Assembly: GCA_038087875.1 (NCBI GenBank)
Contig: CM075978.1
Span: forward strand, 160,580,001-160,644,000
Source: Malacoraja senta
Taxonomy: Eukaryota
Direction of reading: 5' to 3'
DNA: 64,000 bases
Under the pieces are notes generated by a model that made no database searches, was not told the DNA's origin, and saw nothing but the letters and a program-made list of their open reading frames with translations. Position numbers and translations under genes: made by a program. Every line of letters begins with the position of its first letter. The first letter of the stretch is position 1. Below are positions 50,773-63,230 of the stretch, one piece after another.

Positions 50773-51243
50773 AAGTGGTTCTGCTGTACCACTTGTGGAG
50801 GTCACACATTTTAAATGTTTCAACTCAAACAGCTACTTCAAATGATATTCCTAAACCAGAAGCAAATGATAAACCAGACCTTCAATACTCATACCATTGA
50901 TGTCAAAATAATGCCCTAGGTTTTGCCAGTGAGTGCAAAAAGTCTGGGATTTCTGTGCATGCATTCTCATATACGGCAGGCTCAGACTTACTGCATCAGC
51001 AGCTTGTATCTTTCAATCATGTCCATCACTGGATGTCCAGGGAGTTTATCCCAGGAATTATCCAGCAATTGTAATGGGTAATCCACCCTCCGATCCTGGC
51101 ACAAGATCGTCAAGGCCATTGATTAATTATTTTAATTATTTTAAAGTATTTTCAGTGACTATAGTATATTCTATATTATTCAGAATTTAATTTTTTTGGT
51201 TCATTATTTAGTTTTAAAATGATTCTGAATATTACAAACCCTG

Positions 51244-53853
51244 ACATCTTTGACAGTCAGCAATTAAGGGGGCAGAGCTTTTCTATATATATTCATTCAA
51301 GGGAAGTGGCTTTGCAGGTTGAGCCAGCATTTAATTGCCCTTATGGAGGCAGTGGTGGGCTGCCTTCATAAACTGCTACAGTCCATGCATGAGTGTACCC
51401 ACAATGCCGTTATAAAGAGAGTTCCACAGTTTTGACCCCGCAACAATAAAGGGATGGTGATATATTTGCAATTCAGGATGTTGTGTGGTTTGAAGGACAA
51501 CTTCCAGATTGTGGTGTTTCCACGCTTTGCCTCTGTCGTTATGACCGGTGGAGGTCGTGGATTTGGAAGTCTAGTGAGTTGATGCAGTGCATGCTGTAGA
51601 TGATACAAACTGCTGCAATGGTGCATCGGTGGTAGAATGGATAAATGGTCGTGGATGGAGTGCCTCATCCTACATGTTGTTGACTATCTCGTGTTTCGTT
51701 GAAAGTACATTAATGCAGGCAAGTGGAGAGTATACCATCACACTTGGAAATGTGTAGGAAGGAACGGTAGATGCTGGTTTAAACTGAAGATAGACACACA
51801 ATGCTGGAGTAACTCAGCGGGACAGGCAGCATCTCTGGAGAGAAGGAATGGATGATGTTTCAGGTTGAGACCCTCCTTCAGACTGAGAGCCAGGGGAAAA
51901 CTAGAGATATGGAGATATGTACCCTTCTATATCTTTATGTCTCCCTCTCCCCTGACTCTGTCTGAAGAAGGGACTCGACCCAAAATGTCACCTATTCCTT
52001 CTCTCCAGAGATGCTGCCTGTCCTGCTGAGTTACTCCAGCATTTCATGTCTACCATCACACTTGGACTTGGATTTGATAGACTGTGGACTGGCTTTGGAG
52101 AGTTAGGAGGCAAGTTACATGCTGCAGTATTCCTAACCTCTGACCTTTCTTTTGAAGCCACATTATGTACATGGTTACTCCAGTAGCTTCTGCTCAAAGG
52201 TAAAACCCCAGGGATAGTAGGGAATTCAGTAATGGTGATGTCATTGAATGTTAGGCAGTGAGAGCTGGATTTTGTCTTGTTTTCTCTTTCTTCACTGAGT
52301 GTCAAAAGTTGCTATGGGAATGTTTGAGTCTTTGTTGTGAAACTTTAGCATGCTTTGGAGCATTACATGTAAATCTGAATGGATGGCCAGTGCAATTTAT
52401 GACTATGAATGGTAATTCTATATCAGTGAAATTTAGAAATCATTTTAATTCCACTTTCCATTAAAATATGAGACGGTCTTTCTTCCTATATAAAACAGAA
52501 ATAGTTACAAACTATTATATTCCTATTTGTGGATAATCATCTCTTGCTACATCTTTGACAGTCAGCAATTAAGGGGGCAGAGCTTTTCTATATATATTCA
52601 TTCAAGGGAAGTGGCTTTGCAGGTTGAGCCAGCATTTAATTGCCCTTATGGAGGCAGTGGTGGGCTGCCTTCATGAACTACTACAGTCCATGCATGAGTG
52701 TACCCACAATGCCGTTATAAAGAGAGTTCCACAGTTTTGACCCAGCAACAATAAAGGGATGGTGATATATTTGCAATTCAGGATGTTGTGTGGTTTGAAG
52801 GACAACTTCCAGATGGTGGTGTTTCCACGCTTTGCCTCTGTCGTTACGACCGGTGGAGGTCGTGGATTTGGAAGTCTAGTGAGTTGATGCAGTGCATGCT
52901 GTAGATGATACAAACTGCTGCAATGGTGCATCGGTGGTAGAATGGATAAATGGTCGTGGATGGAGTGCCTCATCCTACATGTTGTTGACTATCTCGTGTT
53001 TCGTTGAAAGTACATTAATGCAGGCAAGTGGAGAGTATACCATCACACTTGGAAATGTGTAGGAAGAAACGGTAGATGCTGGTTTAAACTGAAGATAGAC
53101 ACACAATGCTGGAGTAACTCAGTGGGACAGGCAGCATCTCTGGAGAGAAGGAATGGATGATGTTTCAGGTTGAGACCCTCCTTCAGACTGAGAGCCAGGG
53201 GAAAACTAGAGATATGGAGATATGTACCCTTCTATATCTTTATGTCTCCCTCTCCCCTGACTCTGTCTGAAGAAGGGACTCGACCCAAAACATCACCTAT
53301 TCCTTCTCTCCAGAGATGCTGCCTGTCCTGCTGAGTTACTCCAGCATTTCATGTCTACCATCACACTTGGACTTGGATTTGATAGACTGTGGACTGGCTT
53401 TGGAGAGTTAGGAGGCAAGTTACATGCTGCAGTATTCCTAACCTCTGACCTTTCTTTTGAAGCCACATTATGTACATGGTTACTCCAGTAGCTTCTGCTC
53501 AAAGGTAAAACCCCAGGGATAGTAGGGAATTCAGTAATGGTGATGTCATTGAATGTTAGGCAGTGAGAGCTGGATTTTGTCGTGTTTTCTCTTTCTTCAC
53601 TGAGTGTCAAAAGTTGCTATGGGAATGTTTGAGTCTTTGTTGTGAAACTTTAGCATGCTTTGGAGCATTACATGTAAATCTGAATGGATGGCCAGTGCAA
53701 TTTATGACTATGAATGGTAATTCTATATCAGTGAAATTTAGAAATCATTTTAATTCCACTTTCCATTAAAATATGAGACGGTCTTTCTTCCTATATAAAA
53801 CAGAAATAGTTACAAACTTTTATATTCCTATTTGTGGATAATCATCTCTTGCT
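51244..53853 (+). repeat. Tandem duplication, 2 x 1305 bp
   Basis: Units 51244-52548 and 52549-53853; duplicated ORFs offset by 1305; about 11 substitutions counted by eye. Confidence 0.97.
51749..52050. mobile_element. Two-core fold-back Penelope mini-element (second copy at 53054-53355)
   Basis: Long inverted arms with a hammerhead-like core on each strand; TSD taccatcacacttgga at 51733-51748 and 52051-52066; inserted in an L2. Confidence 0.85.
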
Positions 53854-54107
53854 ACAGCAAGTAATGAATAATAACTTTAATTGTGAAGAAATAATCCAAT
53901 TAGTGCAACTACCACTGTAAATGACATGGTTTCCATAATATTTTATAACCAGTCATTCTAATAGAGGCCAAGCCTAACCTATATATTCAATTCAATGAAG
54001 CTTTTCAGTTGCATCATTTTCTAAACCTGTGCCATGACCCGATTGAACGACTACAAAATATACCATGCACAACAGGTCAACCAAACTGAAGGAACAAATT
54101 TTGTAAG

Positions 54108-54424
54108 ACACCAAAGAGAGGCAGAAAATGCTGGAGTAACTTAGCAGAACAAGCAGCATCTCTGGAGAGAAGGAATAGGTGATGTTTCGGGTCGAGACCC
54201 TTCTTCAGACTGTCAGGGGCGAGAGAGACATAGAGATATAGAAAGGTACATACAGTATCTCCATATCTCCTGTTGCCCTTTGCCCTGCCTCGCAGTCTGA
54301 AGAAGGGTCTCTACTCAGAACATCACCCATTCCTTTTCTCCAGAGATGCTGTCTGTCCCGCTGAGTTACTCCAGTATTTTGTGTCCATCTTCGGAGTAAA
54401 CCAGCTTCTGCAGTTCTTCTCCAA
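54108..54424. mobile_element. Two-core fold-back Penelope mini-element
   Basis: Inverted arms; minus-strand core CTGAAGAAGGGTCTCGACCCGAAACATC; possible TSD aaat(t/a)ttgtaag. Confidence 0.8.
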
Positions 54425-55204
54425 AAATATTGTAAGGAAGTTGTGTTTTAGACCCTATGTAAGAAATAGAAGAATCACTGCAGATCAAAGGCAACCGAGT
54501 GAAATCCTTTGAGATCTTTCAATCTGAAGCAAAATAATTCAATCATCACAAGTGTGCATATTGGTAAACTAACCACCATGAAATAGGAAAATCAATACTT
54601 TGGAAATTATGAAGAAATAAATCTTGTTTCTCTCGACTCAGCATCTATTGGATAGACAATTCAAAGCATGCTATACACTTTCTTCCTATAAACTGCTTTG
54701 ATATCCTTTCAGCATTTGTTGTATTATTTTCATGCATACACTCATCTCATCTCCCTCCATGAGGATCTAAATATGATTTGGACTAACCTCATAAACGGAA
54801 GGTGATTGACCTGCTAGTTATTTGCATTTTTACCCCTGAAGTGTTCCCACCCCTCCACATCTGTCAAAAATGTCAAAATGCAAAAAAATGTGGATTCCTT
54901 GAAAGCTTTGTTCCACAAAGAAATGTGCTCCAGTCATAACGGCAGAAAATGTTTTCACTGTTCGACTAAAGTTAAGAAAAGTTGCATCCCTTACCCCACG
55001 CTTGCTAATCTGTTAAAGGAATACATTCTCCAATTTGACAACAGTTAACACCTGGCATGAGATCAAAGAGGTGATTACAAGAGTAATATTTACGTTCTAT
55101 CCAGCAAAGTAGTAAACTGATACATACTGAAAACAGTCAGTTTAGTCTTATCGTTTGTCCAATTAAATCCATTATGCACTTCTGTGTAGGTTGGAGCAAA
55201 GGAA

Positions 55205-55480
55205 TATGGAGCGAAGGAATAGGTGACGTTTCAGGTTGAGACCCTTCTTCAGACTGATGTGGGGGTGGTGGGGAGGGAAGAAGAAAGGAAGAGGCGGAGA
55301 CAGTAGGCTGTGGGAGAGCTGGGAAGGGGAGGGGAAAGAGGGAGAAAGCAAGGACTACCTGAAATTGGAGAAGTCAATGTTCATACCGCTGGCGTGTAAT
55401 CTACCCAATCGAAATACGAGGTGCTGCTCCACCAATTTACGGTGGGACTCACTCTGGCCATGGAGGAGGCCCAGGACAGA
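55205..55480 (-). mobile_element. Penelope-like 3' fragment (continues at about 58726-58755), split by Rex1
   Basis: Reverse complement of the 32200-32600-type sequence, including the hammerhead terminus. Confidence 0.8.
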
Positions 55481-58400
55481 AATGAATGAATGAATGAATG
55501 AATGAATGAATGAATAAGTTTATTGGCCAAGTATTCACATGCAAGGAATTTGCCTTGGTGCTCTGCCCGCAAGTGACAATGACATAGAGTGACAGTTAGG
55601 AATGACACATAAAACATTAAACATTAATAATAAAACATTATTGATTAAACACGTGAATTAAGTAAAATACCAGATCAAAGGGAGGCTACAGATTTTTGGT
55701 TATTGAGTAGAGCTACTACTCGTGGAAAAAAAGCTGTTTTTATGTCTGGCTGTGGCAGATTTGACAGTCCGGAGTCGCCTTCCAGAGGGAAGTGATTCAA
55801 AAAGTTTGTGACCAGGGTGAGAGGTGTCAGAGCTGATCTTACCCGCTCGCTTCCTGACCCTTGCAGTGCACAGTTCATCAATGGAGGGAAGGTTGCAACC
55901 AATAACCTTCTCAGATGATCAGACGATTCGCTGCAGCCGCCGGATGTCGTGCTTGGTGGCTGAGCCAAGCCAGACCATGAAGGAGAAGGTGAGGACAGAC
56001 TCTACGAGGGCCTTATAGAATTGGACCATCAGTGCCTGTGGCAGATTGTGCTTCCTCAGCTGTCGCAGGAAGTACATCCTCTGTTGTGCCTTTTTGACTG
56101 TGGGATCGATGGTAGGTCCTTGGAGATGATGGTTCCCAGGAACTTCCAGTTCCCAGATGTGACTATGGTGTTGTTGATGGTGAGTGGGGTGAGGGGAGGG
56201 GGAGCTCTCCTAAAGTCTACTATCAATTCCAGTCTTAAGAGCATTGAGCTCTAGGTTGTTGCTACGGCACCAGGACGCCAGCTGTGTCACTTCCTGTCTG
56301 TAGGCAGATTCCTCCCCATCCTGGATCAGTCCAATCAGGGTTGTGTCATTCGCAAACTTGAGAAGCTTGACAGAGGAGTCAGTGGAGATGCAGTCATTGG
56401 TATAGAGAAAGTAGAGGAGAGGGGAGAGTACGCAGCTCCTATGCTGAATGTTTGCGGGTCCGAGATGTGCTTTCCCGCCTCACATGCTGCTTCCTGTCTG
56501 TCAGTAAGCTGGTGATCCACCAACGGAGGGGTTCAGGCACAGTCAACTCGGAAAGTTTGGAGTGTAGTAGCTCTGGCATAATGGTGTTGAATGCAGAGCT
56601 AAAATCAACAAACAAAATCCATGCATAGGTCCCCTGGCGGTCTAGGTGCTGGAGGATGAAGCGCAGGCCCAGGTTGACTGCTTCATCCACAGATCTATTG
56701 GCCCGATATGCAAATTGCAGAGTGTCCAGCAGGGGGTTTGTGATATTTTTCAGCTTGGCCAGCACAAGCCTTTCAAGGGTCTTCATGACTACAGAGGTCA
56801 GTGCGATAGGCCTGTAGTCATTAAGACCAGTAATCCTTGCCTTTTTGGGTACAGGGACAATAATGGAGACTTTGAAGCAGGCAGGGACAGTACAGGTTTG
56901 CAAGGACTGGTTGAAAATGTCTGTGTAGACCGGTGCCAGTTGTTCGGAGCTCGGGGGTAGAGGGGGAAACATTGTCCGGTCCTGGAGATTTCCGGCTTTT
57001 CTGTCTTCTGAACAGCCTCTCCACCTCCTCTATTTTTAGTTGATGATGGAGAAATGATGTTTTGCAGCACAGAGGGGATGGGTAACTGGGTGTGAAGTGG
57101 TGATTGGAGAGAGGTGGGTGGGAAAGGGTCCAGTCTTTTCAGACTGGAATCTTGCTTTAAGTAGGTGTGAAGTGGTGAATGGGGAGAAGTGGGTGTAGAA
57201 GGGTCCAGTCTTTGCAGACTGGGGTCTGGCTGTGTTGGTTGGGGAGTGGGTACCAGGGTTACGTTTCGGCTTGTCAAACCTGCAGTAGAACTCATTCAGT
57301 TCGTTGGTCAGCTGACGATTGTCCAAAGAGCGGGGGGCTTTCCTCTTGTAGCTGGTGATTCTTGCAAGCCCTTCCAAACTGAAGAAGAGTCACTAGCTGA
57401 GAAATTGCTCTTCAACTTCTCAGAGTACCTTTCCTTGGCAGCTCTGATTCCTCTTCTCAGCTTCTACTTTGCCTGCCTGCAGAGGTCTGCATCCCCGCTC
57501 CTGTAGGCCTCCTCTTTAGACTGTTGGAGCTGCAACAATGACAAGCCCTGCAGTAAACCAGGGCTTGTCGTTGTTGAACCAGGTCCGGGTCCTAGTTGCA
57601 ATGCAACTGTCATCACAAAAGCTGACATATGATGATACAGTGTCCGTATACTCATCGAGGCTTGTGGTTGCTTCCCTGAACACATTCTAATCCGTGCAGT
57701 CAAAGCAGGATTGTAGGTTCTCAATGCCCTCGATTGTCCACCTTTTTGTTTTTCTGACTACAGGCTTAGCAGATTTTAGTTTCTGCCTGTAGGTCGGAAT
57801 AAGGTGAACTAGACAATGATCAGAGAGACCCAGACCTGCCCGGTGAACAGAGCGATATGCGTTCTTGATTGACATGTAACAGTGGTCAAGTGTTCTCTCC
57901 CCTCTGGTGGGGCAGGTAAACTGAAGTCTATACTTTGGAAGGTCACGGCTGAGGTTAGCTTTGTTAAAGTCCCCCAAAACAATGACCGTGGAGTCCGGGA
58001 AGTCACTCTCTACCCTCATTACCTGGTTAGCGAGTTGCGTTTGCGCCTCACGTACGCAGGGATGGGGGGGCGGAGGTATGTAAACTCCAACGAGAATAAA
58101 GGAGTTAAATTCCCTCGGAGAGTAGAAGGGTTTGCCGTTTATAAAGAGGGATTCTAGGTTGGGAGAGCAGAGGTTTGACAGTACCGTGATGTCGCTGCAC
58201 CAGTCCTGGTTGGTATAGAAGCATATTCCATCACCTCTTGATTTCCCCGCTGCCTCCACTGTCTGCTCTGTGAAGTTGGAAGCCAGCCAGTTGCAGCGCG
58301 CTGTCCGGGGTCGACTCACAAAGCCAGGTCTCGGCCTTGTCTGGCGCAGGAGTTGCAGTTCGTCCACTTTGTTATTGAGAGAACGTACGTTTGCCAGGAA

Positions 58401-58725
58401 TATGCTCGGGAGTGGTGTCGTCGCCGGAGTCGGGTGAGTGTTCCAGAGCGCTTCCCACGGGTCCTCCTCTGTCTCAAGACCTTGAACGCAGCCACAGCCC
58501 CGCCGATGAGTATGTCCAAATAATCCAGCGAGTGAGAGAAATCCGGTATGATGTTTGGTGGTACCGTATGTCCGATGTTTATGAGTACCTCTCTCATGAA
58601 AGTAATCTTTGTAGAGTTTTCACAGACGACACAAACGAACAAACACATACAAAACAGCAAGGAGCAGTACACCGTGGCAGCCATCGTCGGCGCCAGCAGC
58701 AGCAAGCAGCAGCTACACGGCAAGC
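55481..58725 (-). mobile_element. Near full-length Rex1/Babar LINE (APE + RT), frameshifted
   Basis: 5' MAATVYCSLLF..., RRTRGKRSG, GKSRGDGIC, LGDFNKANL, TLDHCY, SDH, NDYRPIALTSVVMKTLERLV, DFSSAFNT; (ATTC)n tail at 55481-55515. Confidence 0.92.
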
Positions 58726-59444
58726 AGTCGGATTCAGAATGGGAGGGGGAGTTAGCACTTCCGGAGTACTTAACAATGTGCTCATCCTTTTATACTTTTT
58801 AATTGTGAAATTTGAGCAATGTATGTAGACTGTATTGAATATTTTGTATAGCCTCCGAAAATGTCGGATGAATTCTTTGCGCGGTTCATGTATTGTATAT
58901 TTATTACCTGAATAAAGTCTGTTTTGAAATTTAAAAAAATATTTTTTAATGATTACAATATGAGCATCAGTCTTCACACATTCTCAACAATACCATTTAT
59001 ACGAAACCATACCTAACTGATGTTGAAAGGTGATGATAATCAGCCTCTTTGAACCATTTTAGTAATTCTGGTGAACATATTACTAGTGTCTTTGGGGCAG
59101 GTGTTCCAACATTTAGACCCAGTAACATTAAAGGAACAGCAATATAAGTCAGAATAATGTATGCGTGGTAAGTGTTGATGTTCTCAACCATCAGAAGCAT
59201 TTAGTGCAGTTTAGTTTATTATTGTCACGTGTACCCACGCACAGTGAAAAGCTGTTGTTTGCATGCTACCCAGTCAAAGGAAAGACTACGCAACAATACA
59301 ATCAAGCCATCCACAGTGCACATATAAAGGATCTGTCCCCTTCTTATTGGCAGAGGTTGCGGTTTTGAGAGTGCTATTTGTGCAGCCTTGCCGGGGAACT
59401 GCAATACATTTTGTAGACGTTATATGTTGCAACCTGCAGAACTG

Positions 59445-60987
59445 GATTAAGTGGATGTGGAGAGGCCGTTTCCACTAGTGGGAGAGGGCACAGCCTCAGA
59501 ATAAAAGGACACACCTTTAGAAAGGAGCTGAGGTGGAATTTCTTTAGTCAGAGTGATGAATCTGTGGAATTCATTGCCATAGACGTCATTGGGTATTTTT
59601 AAGGCAGGTTCTTGATTAGTAAAGATGTCAAGGGTTATGGGGAGAAGGCAGGAAAATGGGGTTGAGAGGGAAAGATAGATCAGCCATGATTGAATGGTGA
59701 AGTAGACTCAATGGGCTGAAGGGCCTAATTCTGCTCCTATAACTTATGAACATAAATCATTGAGCACTGTTTAGGATGGGTCTGAGCTACCACTCAAGTG
59801 TGTTGCTTTGTCACGTTATTATTAGCAGATTATTGTCTAAATGGTGTCAATTTTGGAAAAGGGGAAGTACAACGGGATCTGGGGGTCCTTGTTCATCAGT
59901 CACTGAACGTGAACATGCAGGTACAGCAGGCAGTGAAGAAAGTGAATAACATGTTGGCCTTCATAACAAGAGGAGTTGAGTATAGAAGCAAATAGATCCT
60001 TCTGCAGTTGTACAGGGCCCTAGAGAGACCACACGTGGAGTATTGTGTGTAGTTTTGGTCTCCAAATTTGAGGAAGGACATTCTTGCTATTGAGGGAGTG
60101 CAACATAGGTTCACCAGATTAATTCCCGGGATGGCGGAACTGTCATATGTTGATAGAATGGAGCGGCTGGGCTTGTATACTCTGGAATTTAAAAGGATTA
60201 GAGGGGATATTATTGAAACATATAAGATTATTAAGGGTTTGGAAACGCAAGAGGCAGGAAACATGTTCCCGAAGTTGGGTGAGTCCAGAATAGTTTAAGA
60301 ATAAGGGGTAGGCCATTTAGAACGGAGATGAGGAAAAACTTTTTCACACAGAGAGTTGTGAGTCTGTGGAATTCTCTGCCGCAGATGGCAGTGGAGGCTT
60401 TCAAGAGAGAGTTAGATCGAGCTCTTAAAGATAGCGGAGTCAGGGGATATGGGGAGAAGACAGGAACGGGGTGCTGATTGTGGTTGATCAGCCACAATCA
60501 CATTGAATGGCGGTACTGGCTCGAAGGGCTGAATGGCCTACTCCTGCACCTATGGTCTATTGTCCTGGATGGAGTCAAGGTTTTTGGATGTGAGGGATGA
60601 GTCACTTAAGGATACAATTTTTACCAAGCTGTTGATATAGTTGAATTTCCGGTCGATAGCAACCACCAGAATGTTGATGGTACGTAAGTCAATGCTAATA
60701 AATTGAATAAAAGGATAGAATAAAAGGATCAGAATAAAAGGACGTACCTTTTGAAAGGAGATGAGAAATTTCTTTAGTCAGAGCGTGGTGAATCTGTCAA
60801 ATTCATCGCCACAGAAGGCTGTGGAGGCCACGTCATGGGGGTATTTTTAATGCGGGGATTGACAGATTCTTAATTAGTACGGTGTCAGGGAGAGGCAGGA
60901 GAATGGGGTTGAGAGGGAAAAAAAGATCAGCTATGATTGAACGGCGGTGAAGGCTTGAAGGAATGAATGCTCCCAGAACTTATGACA
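59445..60987 (+). mobile_element. Cluster of three CR1 3' fragments (59445-59752, 59820-60563, 60728-60987)
   Basis: RDLGVLVHQSL, RKDILAIEGVQHRFTRLIPGM and repeated 3' UTRs. Confidence 0.88.
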
Positions 60988-61073
60988 TATGGTAGGATTT
61001 TCTCCAGTTAGAAACAGTCCAATGCCTGGCACTTCTGTAGGATGAAAATTATCTCCTCAAACCTTGTCAGAAT

Positions 61074-61215
61074 GGACTTCCGGTGGCGCCATGTTACACT
61101 AACAGACGCACACCTAGCTCCGCTCCCGAAAAATCCGCGATTTTTCACGTTAAAAACGGGTCTACTGGTCGGGACCGATTTCAAAACCTTACTGATGACG
61201 TCATCAGTAAGCGCG
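61074..61215 (+). promoter_or_regulatory. Putative L1 internal promoter (ETS, YY1 and CRE motifs)
   Basis: ACTTCCGG at 61076-61083, CGCCATGTT at 61087-61095, TGACGTCA within a 24-bp palindrome at 61188-61211. Confidence 0.5.
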
Positions 61216-61246
61216 ATGAATTAAACGATGGTTTAAGGACTTTTAA

Positions 61247-62302
61247 ATGAAAAAACTGTCTCCAGTTCAGAGTCCTCAGAGAACAGTTACAAGACAGCTG
61301 CTGAAAAGCCTGAAGAATCCTGAAGAAGTTACCTCTGAAGGGGTCCCTGAAGTGGCTGCAGAAATGTCTACAAGATCCAAGACAGATCTGGCTAAGGACA
61401 AAGATAAAGAATTTGAGGATTTAAAGAAATCAGTGAGAGATATAAAAGATGAAATTGTGGATGAAAATAAAAATATGATGGGAAAAATGATAGAAAAAAT
61501 CGAAAAGATGATGGAGAATATGAGTGCTGGTAATCAGAAAGCTATTGATTCAATTGGCACTATAAACAAACAAATTGATGATGTGAAAGGAGAATTATCA
61601 GGGAGAATTGATAAGGTGGAAGAAGCTACCACGGACAGGTTCACGGCTGTGCTTGAAACAGTGGCTGCAAGTATGTCTACAATCATGGAAATGGAGAGAA
61701 ATATGGCTCGAATGGCTGAAGATATGGAGAGAATGAGGCAAGAACATGAGCAAACTACAGGACAGATGGCGACTCATCTGGGGAAAGTTTCAGACAAATG
61801 CCTTGACCTGGAAGCTTGTTCAAGACGCCAGAATTTAAGAATTCTTGGAGTCTCAGAGGGAGCTGAGGGAAGGGACATTCGTGAGTTTGCTATGGGCTTA
61901 TTCAAACAACTGCTTAATCTCCCCAATGAACCGAAAATTGAAGTGGCACATCGAGTACCGAGATTTAAACCAAGATCACAAGCAAGACCAGACCACCCAC
62001 GACAGATTATCGTGAAATTTCGGGACAATTCAGAACTTGAAGAGGTGATGAGTAAAATCAAATATGGAATGCAACTGAGGCTTGATAACGACTCTATCAA
62101 AATATTCAGGGACTATCCTCATGAAATTGTGCAAAAGAGAAATCAGTTCACAAAGGCAAAAGATATTCTTAAGGGAATTCAAGATGTTAGATACGGTGTC
62201 TTCTACCCGGCTAAGATGCGAATTATTTATAAGGGACATGAGAAATCATTTGTAAACCCGGAGAATGCGTACAAATATGCCCAGAGCATCCTGGAAAAGT
62301 AG
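61247..62302 (+). CDS. L1 ORF1p (coiled coil + RRM + CTD), intact, 351 aa
   Basis: Coiled coil then LEACSRRQNLRILGVSEG, AHRV, PRQIIVKF, IFRDYP, FYPAKM. Confidence 0.92.
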   Translation: MKKLSPVQSPQRTVTRQLLKSLKNPEEVTSEGVPEVAAEMSTRSKTDLAKDKDKEFEDLKKSVRDIKDEIVDENKNMMGKMIEKIEKMMENMSAGNQKAIDSIGTINKQIDDVKGELSGRIDKVEEATTDRFTAVLETVAASMSTIMEMERNMARMAEDMERMRQEHEQTTGQMATHLGKVSDKCLDLEACSRRQNLRILGVSEGAEGRDIREFAMGLFKQLLNLPNEPKIEVAHRVPRFKPRSQARPDHPRQIIVKFRDNSELEEVMSKIKYGMQLRLDNDSIKIFRDYPHEIVQKRNQFTKAKDILKGIQDVRYGVFYPAKMRIIYKGHEKSFVNPENAYKYAQSILEK

Positions 62303-63230
62303 CAGGAATATATGGACGGTATGGACAAATTTTTCTATTATTATTCCACAGTTAATGGCTGATCAGAAGCGAAGAAACAGCTCTTTTAGTACTTAAAAAA
62401 AAAAAATTAAATGAAGAATGCTTTCAGCTGCGAATGTCTAGACTCCTTATGTGTGGAATTTTAACTCAAGGACAATCTGTGTTCCAAACGAAGCAAATAG
62501 AGGATAACAGAGGATCGTCGAGCCGAAGAGAGTGGAATACACCAGAAGCATTAATTGTTTAAGAGATTAAAATACTAATTTAAATTGTAAAGAACTAATC
62601 CTATTAATAATTTAACAATTTAACAATATTAATATAGAAATAGTAACAGATGCTAACAAGAAAAAACAAATTTATGAACTAACACAAAAATTCACTAAAT
62701 CTAAGCCTTATCTATAATTGGGGTGAGGGGAGGAGAAACGAGCACCTGGCTTAGATCCAGGAGCACGTTTCACGTTATCCCCTTCAACCAACAGTTGATT
62801 ATTATTGAAGGTAAAATCATTCGTTTAAACAATTAGTAGATAAAATTGTTATATATATATGATATGTTATAACGAAATATATAGGGTAAATTTGTATTAT
62901 ATATCTGATTGCGAGGTCCCGTCCCATTATGTTATGAGTAATCAAGGGAGCGGAGCTAATTGTTTAACATAGACAATGGAAGTCGATACAAGGTTTTCTC
63001 CCACCTACAGGTGGGCCACTTGTTACAGTGTCGACAATTTTAGATACTGTATTTTCACTTTTTCAATTTTTTTTTACTATCACATCAAGTCACATGTTTG
63101 TGTTTTTTGTTTAGCGATAAGCGTAAAAGGGATATGCCAACTGAACTTGGTAACGCAAAGGTTCCCCCAATACCTAAAGACCTGAGGTATGGATGCACCG
63201 TAAGATTTAAAGGTATTATAACCATTCAAA

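Noticed and set aside
551-55260. Dispersed palindromic repeats as a CRISPR array or ordinary DNA-transposon MITEs
   Set aside because: No repeat-spacer periodicity; arms are asymmetric, TSD lengths vary (9-16 bp) and the sequence matches Penelope termini.
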